Shown here: positions 24,730-39,300 of the stretch, in pieces
Layout: the number at the start of each line of letters is the position of its first letter
How positions within the stretch are numbered: position 1 is the stretch's first letter
Source of the DNA: Raillietiella orientalis
Taxonomy: Eukaryota
Direction of reading: 5' to 3'
DNA: 64,000 nt
NCBI GenBank assembly: GCA_036172245.1
Contig: JAYWIR010000128.1
Span: 1 to 64,000, forward strand
Notes under the pieces: model-generated
The model's database searches: none
The model's input: only the letters and a program-made list of their open reading frames with translations
Told to the model about the DNA's origin: nothing
Program-made: the position numbers and the translations under genes

Positions 24730-27452
24730 TTTTCACTTGGATTTCTGTGGATCGTTTATTTAAAAAATAAACTTTGTAGAAGCATGTCAGAGGCTGTAGC
24801 AATGCTAAAGCCTTGTAGTAAGAAAAGAAAAAAATGAGGGAACGGAGCAATCCAAATCACCGGTTCGCACATCGGTACGGTCCAACATGTCAGCAGAAGG
24901 AAGGGAAAAAACAAACAACTGAACAAAAACAAACAAAAAAGAATGGGAGAGAACGGGTAGGGATCACTGCTGATGCTGGGGCCGTATCATCCTTCTCAGG
25001 ATGGCGGCAAGCTCTTCTTGAAGGTTTGGATCCAGGTGGGGCTATCGCGACGCCCTCCTCAAAAATTAAGTGACGAATTATATGGTATCCTTGTCGCGTG
25101 GTACTCCCGTCGTCTTACTGCATGCGGCGACGATTCCGCAAAGGCAGCACAAGGCCTCTATCAAGGCCGCTGGCCGAAGGGATTCGGCAACGAAGAGGGC
25201 TTTTAGTACTTCCCTGGGGTTGCCAAAGGGAATACCGATGGCCGCGGCAAAGCAGAAACAAAGGGGCCGAAGGGCAACACAATCCACTAACAGGTGGGGA
25301 AGGGAATCCCTTTCCCCACACTTTAAACAGTCAGGGTCCACCGCTCCCCAGGTCCAATGGTGTCGGCGGGCATTGCAGGGGAGTCCCCAATGCAGCAACA
25401 GGATAGCCGACTCATGCCATTTTAAATGGAGGGTGAAGGTGTTCATGTGCATCAGGGGCCACTTCAAACGTTCAGTGGGAACTTCGAGCGGCGCGCCCCA
25501 GCGCAGAAGTCCATTGGGAGGCGTACTCGGGGAGGCAGCGTCAGTGAGCTGACCCGTCTTCCACTCTCCCAGCTTCTCCTCCTTTTCGGACATTCTTACT
25601 GTAAACTCCCACTTCACCGCAATATAGCTGTTCAGATCTTTCATGAAGGAGGGCAGCGCTCCAGCGAGGGGGGGTTCTTACTGCCTACGCGCTCTTCTTT
25701 GCGCTTCTTTTTCTACGCGCTCTCCAGGATCTCACGGAGCGTGCAACTTCTGTATCCCCCGAACAGGAACCGTAGTTCCTGCTGGGAGCGTTGAATGCCG
25801 CACTGTCCCCAGGTGCGAACGGTTTCCTGCAGCCAGGCACTACCGTTTGCAGCGCGACAGCTGATGAGTCCTTCGTTTTTCCGTGTGAATGCAGCCACCC
25901 TCCGTAGCTGAAGTCCACGTCTGTTGACACGGCGTCGGAGTGCAAGAAAGGACGTGAGTCCCGTATTGCCGGTGGCTTGCTGAAGATGGAGACGTGCAGG
26001 GACGCTCCAACAGGTGCACCACAACTCCGGCACAATAACCAAAATTCGGAACTGGATCTGAAGCTCCAGCCGCTCCAAAGTCGAAAGGTTGAGACCGCCG
26101 TCCCGACGCGGAGCGCACATGTCCTTCAAGCGGACTCGGACCCTCCCGTTGCCCCAAAGGACGATACGGTGGAGGTCCTTCGTCCGCTTTTTGATCCGCT
26201 CTGTGAAGGGACAAAGAAAGAGCAGTAGGTGGAGGAGAGGAGCTGCGAAAGTGCTCCAAACCGCGGCCCGTTCAGGCAGGAAAAACCTGCCGACTCGGAA
26301 CGGGCGGTTCGCCGTCTCTACTTTCTGGAGGAAGCCGGACCACGCTTCCGCAGGGGAGTAGTCCCCCAACGGCACTTCAAGGTACTTGAAGTACCTCACC
26401 GTGGGGATCCCCAAACGAACCCAATCCTGCTGCCCTACCCACGCCGCACCAACTGGCATCACGGACGACTTCGCCCAGTTCAGTTTGAGTCCGGTTCCGC
26501 GATTCAGCAGGTCGAAGAATTCCTCCACCGTCGAAGCCGGGGTTGACATAGAGAGCAGCAGCAGAAGATCGTCCGCATATGCTAAAGCCGCCGGCGTGCC
26601 GAAGCGGTTGTGCGACAGGTGCGTTAGAGTTCCCCTGTACGCTCTCAGTACCAACTCGAAGTAGGTACTGAAGAGCAAGGGACACAAGCTGTCACCCTGC
26701 CGAATACCACGACGCACCGGCACGCCGTGCATCGTCTGCCCGCTGAAAGTAAGGCTGCTACATGTGTTGCGCCAGCTTGAGCGCAGATAGGCCAATAATG
26801 AGGCCGAGAAGCCCAAGCGTTCCAGAAGCTCGAGTAGGAGATTCTGGTCGACGTTATCGAATGCTTCATGCAAGTCGACAGCGACCGCAATTGCTCCCTC
26901 CCCCACCCGACCATCCCTGCCATGGCTGCCGGACTCACCGGAATCCCTGCTGCGTATCGAGCCTTTTTCATGTTGGAGATATAGCCAGGTGGAAGCGTGG
27001 AACAAGTTCGCCTGCATGCCTCGCCCAGGAACAGCATACGTCTGTTCCGGGCTGATGAAGTCGTTGGCAACCCGTCTTGAACGCTCTGCCCAGACCTTTG
27101 CTAGCAACTTGGCGTCCGCATTCACTATTGTGATGGGACGCCAGTTGTTCATGCTCCTCAGATCTATTCCCTTAGGGAGGAGCCTCACCTTTGCCGATCG
27201 AAACGAGGCTGGAACGTCACCTGTTTCGCGTATCAGCAAGGCGATTTGATGTGCTAAGGGAGTGAGCTTAGCCGCGAAAGTTTATAAAACTCCTCGGGCA
27301 GGGCGTCCTCCTCTGTTGCCTCGCGCTTCTTGGGCTTTCCGATGGCCGAGATGATCTCGTCCATCGTAAAAGGCTCGTCGAGTGACTTTCTGACCTGCTT
27401 CCCGATCGCTGGAGCGCCTTCCGGAAGAAGAGGTCGTGCAACTTCCCTCTCA
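24730..27452 (-). mobile_element. LINE subfamily D, 5'-truncated (RT, zinc finger, 3' UTR)
   Basis: 508-aa ORF 25713-27239 with NWRPITI, DLHEAFD, GIRQGDSLCPLLF, AYADDL and KYLEV; CLKCGE...HLLVDC. AATAAA 24755-24760. Confidence 0.9.
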
Positions 27453-29553
27453 GGAGGCTTTCGACTGCATTGACCAGGGTCTCCTGCTGGAACTCTTGGG
27501 TCGCGTGGGCTTCTCACCCTCCCTTCTTTCTTACCTGCGCTCATGCTGGCGCAGCGCGCTGATCAATGTTCGTTTTAGTAGAATCATAGCGTACGGCGTG
27601 CCGGTGCGGCTGGGCATACGACAGAACGATAGCCTCAGTTCCCTGCTCTTTAGCACCTATTTCGAGATGGTGCTGTGAGCGTACAGGGTGACGTTTGCTG
27701 CCTTGCGTAGCTCGTGCTTCGGCACGCCCGCTGTAGCAGGATACGCCGACGATTTTCTTCTTATGTTGCGCATGTCCGCCCCGGCAGCCGCAGTCGAGGA
27801 TTTCTTCGATCTACTAAGCCGCGGAACAGGACTGCGGGTTTACAAGGCGAAGTCGTCGGTAGTAGCGGTTGGATCGAAGTGGGTCGGACGGCCTGACTGG
27901 ATCCGCTTGGGAATCCTTGCGGGCAGGTGCTTGACGTACCTTGGCGTTTCGTTGGGGGAATTCTGCTTATCAGAAGCCTAATCAGTTCGTCTAGAAAAGG
28001 AAGAGATGGCGATCGGCCCGTTCCTGGAAGGCAAGTTCCTTCTTCCGGAACGAGCCTTGGTTTGGAACGGATTCGCGACCCTCAGACTACACTTTCTGCT
28101 TTTTGTTTGCTTCTTTTCTACCCAGTTGTAAAAGCGGACTAAGGAACTCCTTTGTATTGCCTTTTGGGGCAACGGAAGGCCCTGTGTGAAGCTGAAAGAC
28201 ATATGCGCTTTTCGTCGGGACGACGGTATTGGCCTCCTGACGCTGAAGCGCTTGAAAGTGCAGCTGCGATGGCGCACCCTTGCCATCGCAGCGAAGCTGT
28301 GATGCACCCCTTGGTGCGTTCCAGCCCGCCTCCTTGCCAGCGGTGTTTCCAGGACGTAAGGGCTCGTGTCCTATCTTCTGTGCCGCTGCCGGAAGTTTAG
28401 AAGATGCGGCCTCTTCCTCGGACGAATGGAAGCCTTGGTGAAAGAGAACGGTTGGATAGTATGCAGCCCTGCCAACTCCTCCGCCTGGCTGGAGAAAATC
28501 GTTGGAACGTGGGCGAAGTTGAACAACAGCAGAGAAAAAAACTGGAACTGCCTACGATTTGGCAGTAACGCCTGCTGCACTCTGCGGGCCACTCTGCTTT
28601 GTCCTGCCAGAAGCACATGGGCGGAGACCACCCCTTTAGCTACGACGCTGCCCTTTCTCCGGAGGGCTTTTATTAGCGGCCGGACGCCGAATTGACAAGT
28701 CTCTTGCCGGATCTCAGGCCGAGAGAAGTTGTTAAACGGCTGGACCACGGGAGAACTGGCGGATGAAACGACCCTGAGTGCCCTCTTGCGAGGACTTGCA
28801 AATTGGGGAGAGCTGCTCGGCATCTTGACAAATGACCTGAAGTGGCCCCCGGTTTTAATTGGATCCAGGATTCTCCCCCTCAAGTGGCAAGAGTCGGCGC
28901 TGCTGACGTTGCATTCGGGTGTACCCTCCAACGCGCGCTGCTTCCACTGGACCCGGAGTAGAGTTAATCCTGAGTTTGCCCGGTTAATCCTGCGCTCCCT
29001 TACTTACTTGTTGACTGTGCTGCCCTCCGACCCCTGTGCGAACAATTTGGGACGACCCTAGGGCTCCCTACGGGCAACGCGCCCAGAGACGTTTTCCAAC
29101 TTCTTTTCGTGCGGGACTCCCTGCAGCCAGCCGCTGCCGTGGTAGTATTATGCTGCATCCGAGGCATTGTGGCGGCGTGGAGTGATGACTCCGACGTAGA
29201 TGTGTATCAGAACGAGAGGGACGTAATCCCGTATGCTGTTCGCTTGCTGAGGAGCGCTACTGGATGGACCCAGCTGGGTACAATTAGTATGGACTTAAAG
29301 GGTTTCCTTCGCAGGATTGTCCCTCCTCGCAGTGCACAGTCATTCCTTCCCAGCCCTCCAACCTCTCCTTGTATTCATTAGTTTCTATTTTTCTTTTTGT
29401 TTCCTCCCCCATCCCTTCCACTGCCGAGGAGAGCAAGGCTGGGCTGCGTCCCGGCGTCCCGGCAGGTCCGGCGTTGTGTGGCCGTTAGTGGGGCATTGTT
29501 CCACGTATGTTGAATGTTTTATAATGGACGCCCCGGGATTACCCGGATGGAAA
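27453..29553 (+). mobile_element. LINE subfamily E-like, 3' half starting at the RT KAFD motif
   Basis: QEAFDCIDQ, GIRQND, GYADDF and YLGV. Terminal CCGGG-ATTA-CCCGG hairpin 29533-29546. Confidence 0.85.
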
Positions 29554-30182
29554 TTACATTGTAGGCTTTGGGCTTTCGCCACATCACAAAAACGCTTGCA
29601 AATTTTTCAAGTTCAGCGCGGATGGCGTTCTCATCCATCCGCACTGTTGTTCAGGTTAGATGGACCACAATGGAATGGTCCACAATGTGGAGTAGTAAAT
29701 TCCTGCCCTCTAATTGTACGGGCGTGCAGAGCATCTTATGGGTAAGAGCTGCATCCTTGTAGATAAGCCCCGCCAACTACCCTCAGCTCCGTATTGAAAG
29801 GCAAAGAATTTCATTGTCGGCAATGATCATTTTTTAAAGGCATTGCAGAAGCTCCGCGCCCGTAAAGGGGAATTTAAGTTCCGTAACTTGTACAGGAGGG
29901 CAGGGTTGTTGCCCTCCTGGATGTAGGACTTCATCTCGGCGGCGACATCAGGCGTTTCCGCCGCTGCCACTGACTCCAGGCCCTCGCCAGGGCGGCGGGG
30001 AGAGGTTGAGAAATAGTGATGGAGCGTGATCCCACCTCCTTTGGTTTGGGAGACGCCGTCTTCCCGCCACCCTTACCTGAAACTGCGGCGTTCACAGGCA
30101 TTTCTGTCTGTCAACGGCCGCCAAACACACAAAAACCACCAGAAAAAACTCCCTATTCACGGAGCGCACAGAAATTACGTCC
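29554..30182 (-). mobile_element. LINE 5' end + decayed ORF1 N-terminal part (C-type by target site)
   Basis: Manual minus-strand translation ...TPVQLEGRNLLLHIVDHSIVVHLT..RMDENAIRAELEKFASVFVMWRKP aligns with the ORF1 core of other copies. GGACGTAATTT at 30172-30182. Confidence 0.7.
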
Positions 30183-30843
30183 GCAGTTCGTGCCTCCTAA
30201 AGCGCTACTACTCCTCGGTGTACGCTAGGGAGCCGACTGAACGCAGTCTCTCGGAGCTGCTTCTGCCGCCGGACTCCCTTGCGGTCAACAAAGAGCAACT
30301 TGCGGCTCTCGACTTGCTCTTTACGTCGAAAGAAGTGTCTTCCGCCATAGCGGGCCTCAATAAGCGCAAGGCGCCAGGTGGGGATGGTCTGCCTGCGAAA
30401 TTCTTCCACTGCTTCGCGGCGAAACTTATCCCCCTGGTGCTAGGGCTTTCTGCGTTGATGCGAGAGATGGGCAGTGTTCCGTCTCCGTTCCGCTCAGCAA
30501 GGGTGTGTCTCTTGCCAAAAGGAGGAGACATGCGCCGTTTCAGCAACTGGCGTACGATCACCTTGGTAAATGCGGACGTCAAGCTGCTCTCCAGGCTCTG
30601 GGTCGCGCGCCTAGGCAGTATCACTTGATCCGTGGTAAGTCCGGAGCAGTCCTACGCTGTTCCTGGGCGGTCCATGGACGGGTAACTGTTCTTCGCGCGC
30701 ACGTGGCACCATCTGCAACGCTGCGTGGCGCACGACAGCCAGGTAACCGCGTCTTCGGCTGCCGAGGCTAGACGTCACTGCATCCGACCTGAAGAAGCAC
30801 CGGGTGCTTAGACGGTCGTGGTGGATCTCCGCAGGGCGTTCGA
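30181..30843 (+). mobile_element. LINE ORF2 fragment (linker to RT DLRRAFD); probable left half of the element resuming at 55458
   Basis: KRYYSS, KAPGGDG, NWRTITL and VVDLRRAFD. Ends in CGCAGGGCGTTCGA, matching CGCAAGGCGGTCGA at 55459. Confidence 0.85.
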
Positions 30844-33326
30844 TTTTCACCCGGATTTTGCCGGGGCATTTATTCTAAAATAAACATTCACAAAGACGTG
30901 CAGTGGCTGGACCATTGCTCCAGCCACGCACGAACAAACACAGAGCCTGCCGGTTCACCGGTTCGCAGACCAATACGGTCCACCACGGCAGCAGGGGGAA
31001 CAGGGAAAAACAAAAAACAAGACAAAAAAAGAAAGGAAAAGATCGGAAAGTAAGGGAAAAGATCATAGTTGCTGGTGGGGCCGGTGCATCCTTTGCAGGA
31101 TGCCGGCAAGCTCTTGCTGGATGACTGGATCCAGGTGAGGCCATCGCGACGCCCTCCTCAGGAATTGGGACGCTGGCTGGATGGCACCCTGGTCGTGTGG
31201 GCCTCCCGTAGCCTTACTCAAGGCGGAGACGGTCCCGCGAAGACAGCACAGGGCTCCTAACGAGGCCGCTGGCCAGAGGGCATCGGCAACGAAGAGGGCT
31301 TTTAGTACTTCCCTGGGGTTGCCGCAGGGGATACCGATGGCCGCGGCAAAGCGGGACCAAAGGGGCCGGAGTGCAACACAATCCACTAGCAGGTGGGGGA
31401 AGGACTCCTGTTCCCCACACCTGACGCAATTGGAATCCACCGCTCCCCAGGTCCAGTGGTAACGGCGGGCGTTGCAAATTAGTCCCCAGTGCTGCAAAAG
31501 GAATGCCGACTCCTGCCAATTTAAGGAAAGGGTGGAGGTCTTCATTAGTACCGGAAGCCACTTCAAACGTTCAATGGGAACGTCGAACAGCGCGCCGAAG
31601 CGCAGAAGTCCATGGGGAGGCGTACTCGGGGTGACAGCATCGGTCAGCTGACCCGTCTTCCTCTCTCTCTGCTTCTTCTCCTTTCCGGAGATTGTTATTG
31701 TAACCGCCCAATTCGCCGCAACATCGCTGTCCAGATCTTCCATCATGGAAGGCAGCGCAGCAGCGAGAGGGTTTTTTTCTGACCACGCTCTCTTCTTAGG
31801 ATCCTCCAGGATCTCACAAAGCGTGCAACTTCGATAACCACCAAACAGGAACCTTCGTTCCTGTTAAGAGCGTTGCATGCCGAACTGTCCCCACGTGCGA
31901 ACGGTTTCCTGCAATCAGGCACTACCGTTCGCTGGGCGACAGGGGATCAATCCATGGTTTCTAGGTGTCAGCGCAGATACCCTCCGTAGCTGAAGTCCAC
32001 ATAGATTGACGCGACGACGGACTGCAAGACCGGACGTGAGTCCCGTCTTCATGGTGGCTTGCTGAAAGAGGAGACGTGCAGGGACTCACCAGCAGGTGCC
32101 CCATAACTCCGGCACTATGGCCAATAATCGGAACTGGAGCTGAAGCTCCAGCCGCTCAATGTCAGGAGGCCGAGACCGCCGTCCCGACGCGGAGCGCACA
32201 AGTCCTTTAAAGGGACTCGGGTCCTACCGTTGCCCCAAAGAGCGATACGGAGAAGGTTCTTTGTCCGCTTTTCAATCCTCTCTGTGAGAAGGCAAACAAA
32301 AAGCAGGGGGCGAAGGAGAGGAGCCGCGAACGTGCTCCAACCCGCGGCCCGTTCATGTAGCAAAAACCTGCCGCCTCGTAACAGGCGTCCCGTTCAAGCA
32401 GCAAAAACCTGATGTCTCGTAACGGGCTGATTGCCTTCTGTACTTTCTGAAGGCAGCCGGATCACGCTTCCGCAGGGGAGTAGTCCTTCAACGGCACACA
32501 AAGACACTTGGAGTACCTCACCGTGGGAATCCCCAAGCGGACCCAGTCCTGCTGCCCTACCCACGCAGCACCAACTGGCATCACGGACGACTTCTCACTG
32601 TTCAGCTGAAGCCCGGTTCCCCGATTAGGCAGATCGAAGAACTCCTCGATCGCCAAAGACGGGTTGGACATAGGGAGCAGCAGCGGAAGGTCGTCCGCAT
32701 ATGCTGAAAGCGCAGGCGTTCCGGCGCATTCATGCGGCAGGTGCGCCAGAGTTTCCCTGTACGCTTTCAGTACCAACTGAAAGTAGGTACTGAAGAACAA
32801 GGGGCTCAGGCTGTCTCCTTGCCGGATCCCACGTCGCGCCGGCACGCCGTGAACAGTACGCCCGCTGAAAGTAACATTGATTTGCGCATCGCGCCAGCTC
32901 GAGCGCAGATAGGCCAATAATGAGGCCGGCAGCCCAAGCGTTCCAAAAGCTCCAGCAGGAGATTCTGGTCGACGCTGTCGAATGCTTTACGCAAGTCGAC
33001 TGCGACCGCAAGGGCTCCCTCCCCCACCTGAACATCCGACCCCTTGCCAGCGCACGCAAAGGAATTCCGGCTGCGCACCAAGCCCCTTTCTTGTTGGAGC
33101 ACTAGCCAGGTGGAAGCGTGAAACAGGTTCGCCTCCTTGCTCCGCCCGGGAACAGCGTATGTCTGTTCCGGAAAGATGAAGGCGTTTGCAACATGCCCAG
33201 ACGCTCTGCCCAAACCTTAGCTATCAACCTGGCGTCCAAATATACTATTGTGAAGGGTCGCAAGTTGTTCATGATCCTCAGGTCACCTCCCTTAGGGTGG
33301 AGCCGCTCCTTTGCAGCGCGAAACGA
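30844..33326 (-). mobile_element. LINE subfamily D, 3' half (RT, zinc finger, 3' UTR)
   Basis: DLRKAFD, GIRQGDSLSP, AYADDL and CVRCGE...HLLVDC. AATAAA and CCCGG/CCGGG hairpin at 30850-30874. Confidence 0.9.
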
Positions 33327-33332
33327 AACGAA

Positions 33333-36300
33333 AACACAGCTCGATGGAAAACTTTCATTTATAATTCGGACAATGGCTACCATGAACACAACACAGACTC
33401 TAAAGCGCCCTGCGATAATTAAATGTGGGACTCTTCTTAATCATCCTCTGTAAGCAGAAAATTGGAAGGATGTGCGGCTCCATTTCGCTAGTATGCCACT
33501 CGCTGCAAATGGATGCTTCATGAAGAAGCGCAAAAGTGCAATGGTGAAATGTCCTCATTTCGAACTGATTACAAACCAGCAACAGATGTAAATTTGGACC
33601 ACATAATGGATCAGATCGACGGAAAATATTCCCTTACTAATTCCGAAACTGTTTCCCTAGAGAACAACACACAGTCCAAAGTGTCGAGCTCTAAGGAAAT
33701 ATAAATTCTTTTTAATCATCCTCTGAAACCAGGAAATTGAAAGTATGTGCGGCTCCATGTCGCTAGTATGCCACTCGCTGCAAATGAATGCTACCTGAAG
33801 AAGCGAAAAAGTGCAATGGGTGAAATGTCCTCATTTCGAATTGATTACAAACCAACAAAAGGTGTAAATTTGAAACACATACTCAATTAGATCGAAGGAA
33901 AACATTCCATTTCAAATTCCGACACAGGTTACCATAAAAAATACACAGAGTTCAAATTGTCCAGCTCTAATAAAATATCGGATTGTTTTTAATCATCCTC
34001 TGAAACCAGGAAATTGCAAGGATGTGCGGTGATCCATGACGGTAGTTTGCCTTTTGCTGCAAATAAATGCTTCCTGAAGAAGCGCAAAATGCAATGCTGA
34101 ACTCTCCTCATTCCGAATTGATTACAAGCCAGCAAAAGATGGAAATTTGGAACAAATAATAAATAAATGGGAAGGAAAACATTCCTTTTATAATTCAAAC
34201 ACTGGTTCCCATAAGGACAACACAGAGTCCAAAGTGTGCCGCTTTGATAAACAATCGAATTCTTCTTAATCATCCAATGAAACCAGGAAATTAAAAGGAT
34301 GTGCGGCTCCATATCGTAAATTTGCCACTCACTCAAAACGGATCCTTCTTAAAGATTCTTGAAAGTGCAATAATGAAATCCCCTCATTCCGAATTGATTA
34401 GAAACCAGAAAAAGATATAAATTTGGAACAAATAATGAATAAATACGAAGGAAAAGATTCCCTTTCTAAGTGCGACACTGGTTCCCATGAGGACAACACA
34501 GAGTCTAAAGTAGCACGGTCTAATGAACTATCAAATTCTTCTCAATCATCCTATGAAACCAGGAAATTGGTAAGATGTGCGGCTCTAGACCGTTAATTCC
34601 ACTCACTGCAAATGGATGCTTCTTGAAGGAGTTAAAAAGTGCAATGGTGAAATCTCCTCGTTCCGAATTGAATACAAACCAGCAAAAGATGTAAATTTGG
34701 GAAAAATAATGAATAAATGCGAAGGAAAAAATTCCCTTTCTAATTCCGACACTGGTTACCATAAAAACAACACAGAGTCCAAAGTGCCCCGCTGTAATGA
34801 AATATCGGAATCTTCTTAATCATCCAATGAAACCAGGAAAGTGGAACGATGTGCGGCTCCATTTCGTGAATTTGCCACTCACTACAAATGCATGCTTCTT
34901 GAAAAGCCCCAAAAGTACAATGGTGAAATTGATCATTTCGAATTGATTACAAACCAGCAAGAGATTTTAATTTATACCACATACTGAATCACATCATAGG
35001 AAAACATTTTCTTTTTAATTTCGACATTTGTTAACATGCAAACAACACAGAGTCCAAGGTGCTTCGCGCTAATGAAATGTCGGACTCTTATTTATCATCC
35101 TCTGAAACCAGGAAATTGTAAGGATGTGCGGCTCCTTGTCATAAACATGCCACTCGTAGCAAATCGTTTCTCCTTGAAGAACCGAAAACTGCAATGGTGA
35201 AACAAGCTCATTTAGAATTGAATACAAACTAGGAAAAGATGCAAATTTGGACCACACACTCAATCAGATCGAAGGAATACATTCTCTTTCTAATTACGAC
35301 ACAGGCTACCATGAAAACCACACAGGATCCAAAGTGCCCTACTTTAATAAACTGTCGGACTCTTCTCAATCATCCTCTGAAACCAGGAAACTGTTACGAT
35401 GTGAGGCTCCATGTCGTGAATATGCAATCACTGCAAATGGATGCTTCTTGAAGAAGCGGAACAGCGCAATGGATAAACGTCCTCATTTGGAATGGATTAC
35501 AAACCAGAAAATCATGTAAATTTGGACCACATACTGAATCACATCATAGGAATACATTCCCCTTCTAATTCCGACACTGGTAACTATGAAAACAACATAG
35601 AGTCCAAAGTGCCCCGCGCTATTGAAAAGTCGGTCTCTACTTAATCATCCTCTGAAACCAGGAAATTGTTACGACGTGAGGATCCATGTCGTGAATTTGC
35701 CACTCCTTGCAAATGGAAGCTTCTTGAAGAAGCGCAACAGTTGAATGGTGAAACGTCCTCATTTCGAATTGATTACAAACCAGCAAAAGATGTGAATTTG
35801 GACCACATACAAAATCAGATCAGAGGAAAACTTTCATCTCCAATTCGGAAACTCGCTACCATGAAAACAACACAGTGTCCAAAGTGTCCTCCTCTAATAA
35901 ACAATCTGATTCTTCTTAATCATCCAATCAAACCAGGAAACTGGAATCAAGTTCGGCTCCATGTCGTGAATTTGCCACTCACGGCAATTGAATGCTTCTT
36001 AAAGAAGCTGAAAACTGCAATGGTGAAATCTGCTCATTTCGAATTGATTACATACTAGAAAAAAATTGTAATTTGGACCACATACTGAATCAAATCGAAG
36101 GAAAACTTTCCCTTTCTAGTTTCGACACTGGTGGCTATGAGAAAACACAGAGTCCTAAGTGCTCTGCTCTAATGAATTATGGCAATCTTCTTCTTCATCC
36201 AATGAAACCCGGAAATTGGTACGATGTGACGCTACATCTCCTGAATTTGCCACTCACTCAAAGTGGATGCTTTTTGAAAAGGCGCAAAAGTGCAATGGTG

Positions 36301-39300
36301 AAATCTCCTCATTGCTAATTGATTACAATCCAGCAAAAGATGTAAACTTGTGCCACATTCTGTTGCAGATTGAAGGAAAACATTCCCTTTCTAATACCGA
36401 CACTGGTTACCATGAACACAACACCGAGTCCAAAGTGCCCCGTGCTATTAAAATGTCGGACACTGCTTAATAATTATCTAAAAAAAGAAAATTGGACGAA
36501 TGTGCAACTCCATGTAGTGGATTTACCACTCACCGTAAATAAATGCTTCTCGAAGAATCGCAAAAGTTCAATGGTGACATGTCCTCATTGTGAATTGATT
36601 ACAAACCAGCAAAAGATGTAAACTTGTACCACATACTGTTGCAGATTGAAGGAAAACGTTCCGTTTTAAATTCCAAAACTGGTTACCCTGAAAACAACAC
36701 AGAGTCCAAAGTGCCCTGCTCTAATGAACTATCTGATTCTTCTTAATCATCCAATCAAACCAGCAAACTGGAATTAAGTGCGGCTTCATGTCGTGAAATT
36801 GCCACTCACTATAATTGAATGCTTCTTGAAGAAGCTGAAAAGCGCAATGGTGTAATCTGCTCATTTCGAATTGATTACATACTAGAAAAAGATGTAATTT
36901 GGACCACATACTGAATCACATCATAGGAAAAAATTCCCCTCCTAATTCCGACACTCGTTAATATGAAAACAACACAGAGTCCAAAGGGCCCCGCGCTATT
37001 GAAATGTCGCACTCTTCTTAATCATCCAATCAAACCAGGAAACTGGAATCAAGTTCGGCTCCATATCGTGAATTTGCCGCTTACTGCAATTGGATGCTTC
37101 TTGAAGAAGCTGAAAAGTGCATTGTTGAAATCTGCTCATTTCGAATTGACTACATACTAGAAAAAGATGTAATTTGGATCACATACTGAATCAAATCGAT
37201 GGAAAACTTTCCGTTTCTAGTTCCGACACTGGTGGCCATGAGAAAAACACAGAGTCGAAAGTGCTTTGCACTAATAAATTATCGCAATCTTCTTCATCAT
37301 CCAATGAAACCCGGAAATTGGTACGATGTGACGCTACATGTCCTGAATTTGCCACTCACTCAAAGTGGATGCTTTTTGAAGCGGCGCAAAAGTGCAATGG
37401 TGAAATCTCCTCATTGCGAATTGATTACAAACCAGCAAAAGATGTAACCTTGTACAACATTCTGTTGCAGATTGAAGGAAAACATTCCTTTTATAATACC
37501 GACACTGGTTACCATGAAAACAACACAGTGTCCAAACTGCTCTGCGCTAATGAAATGACCGACTCTTATTCATCATCTTCTGATACCAGCAAACTGGAAG
37601 GATGTGCGGCTCCATGTCGTGAATATCCACTCGATGCAAATGGATTCTTCTTGCAGAACCGCAAAAGTGCAATGGTGAAATTGCTCATTTCGAATTGATT
37701 ACAAACAAGCAGAAGATGTAAATTTCGACCACATAATGAATAAGATCGAAGGCAAACATTATCTTTCTACTTCCGACACCTGTTATAATCGAAACAACAC
37801 AGAGTCCAAAGTGCCCCGCGCTATTTAAATGTCCGACTCTTCTTATCCGTTCTCTTAAACCAGGATGTTGGTAGGACGTGAGGCTGAAGGTAGTGAATTT
37901 GCCACTCACTGCACATGGATGCTTCTTGAAGATCCGCAAAAGTGCGATGGTAAAATTGCTCATTCCGAATTGATTACAAACTAGAAAAGATGTAAATTTG
38001 AACCATATGATCAATCAGATCGAAGTTAGACATTCCCTTTCTAATTCCGACACTAGTAATTATTAAAACAGCACAGAGTCCAGAGTGCCCCACGCTATTG
38101 AAACATAGTACTCTTCTCAAGCGTTCTCTTAAACCAGGATGTTGGTATGATGTGCGGCTGAATGTAGTGAATTTGCCACTCACTGTAAGTGGATGATTTT
38201 TAAAGAAGCGCAAAAGTGCAATGGTGAAATGTCCTCATTGCGTATTGATTACAAACCTGCAGAAGATTTGAATCTGGACCATATACCGTGTCAGATTGAA
38301 GGAGAACATTCCCTTCCTCATTCCGACACTCGTTACCATGTAAAAAACAGGGAGTACAAAGTGCCCTGCTCTAATGAACTATGGGAATCTTCTCAATCAT
38401 CCAATGAAACCAGGAAATAATTACGATGTGCGCCTCCATGTCGTGGATATGCGACTCACTGCACATGGATTCTTCTTGAAGAAGCGCAAAAGTGTAATGG
38501 TGAAATTTCCTCATTTCCAATTGATTACAAGCCAGCCAAAGATGTAAATTCGTACCATATTCTCAATCAGATCGAAGGAAAACATTCCCTTTCTAATACC
38601 GACACTGGTTACCATGAACACAACACAGAGTTTAAAGTGCCCCGCGCTATTAAAATGTAGGACACTTCTTAATAATTATCTCAATAAAGAAAATTGCACG
38701 GATGTGCAACTCCATGTAGTGGATTTGCCACTCACCGTAAATAAATGCTTCTTGAAGAACCGCCAAAGTGCAATGGTGAAATGTCCTCATTGTGAAATGA
38801 TTACAAACCAGCAAAAGATGTAAGCTTGTACCACATACTGTTGCAGATTGAAGGAAAACGTTCCGTTTTTAATTCCGAACCTGGTTACCATCAAAAAACA
38901 CAGAGTGCAAAGTGCCCTGCTCTAATGAACTAACTGATTCTTCTTAATCATCCAATGAAACCAAGAAATTGGTACGATGTGCGGCTCCATCTCGTGAATA
39001 TGCCTCTCAGCGCAAATGGGTGCTTCATGAAGTACCGCAAAATTGCAATGGTGAAATCCGCTCATTTCGAATTGATTACAAACTTGCGAAAGATATAAAT
39101 TGAGTCCACATACTAATTCAGATAGTAGAAAAACATTTCTTTTCTAATTTCCACACTGGTTAGCATGAATTCAACACACAGCGCAAAGTACGCTGCTATA
39201 ATGAACCATCGGAATCTTCTTAGTCATTCAATGAATCCAGGAAATTGTTACGATGTGCGGCTCCATGACGTCGATAGGCCACTCAAACCAAATGGATTCT

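Noticed and set aside
25861..25880. CTGATGAG hammerhead-like core
   Set aside because: It lies in the antisense of ORF2 coding sequence, and no matching GAAA core or stems were found.
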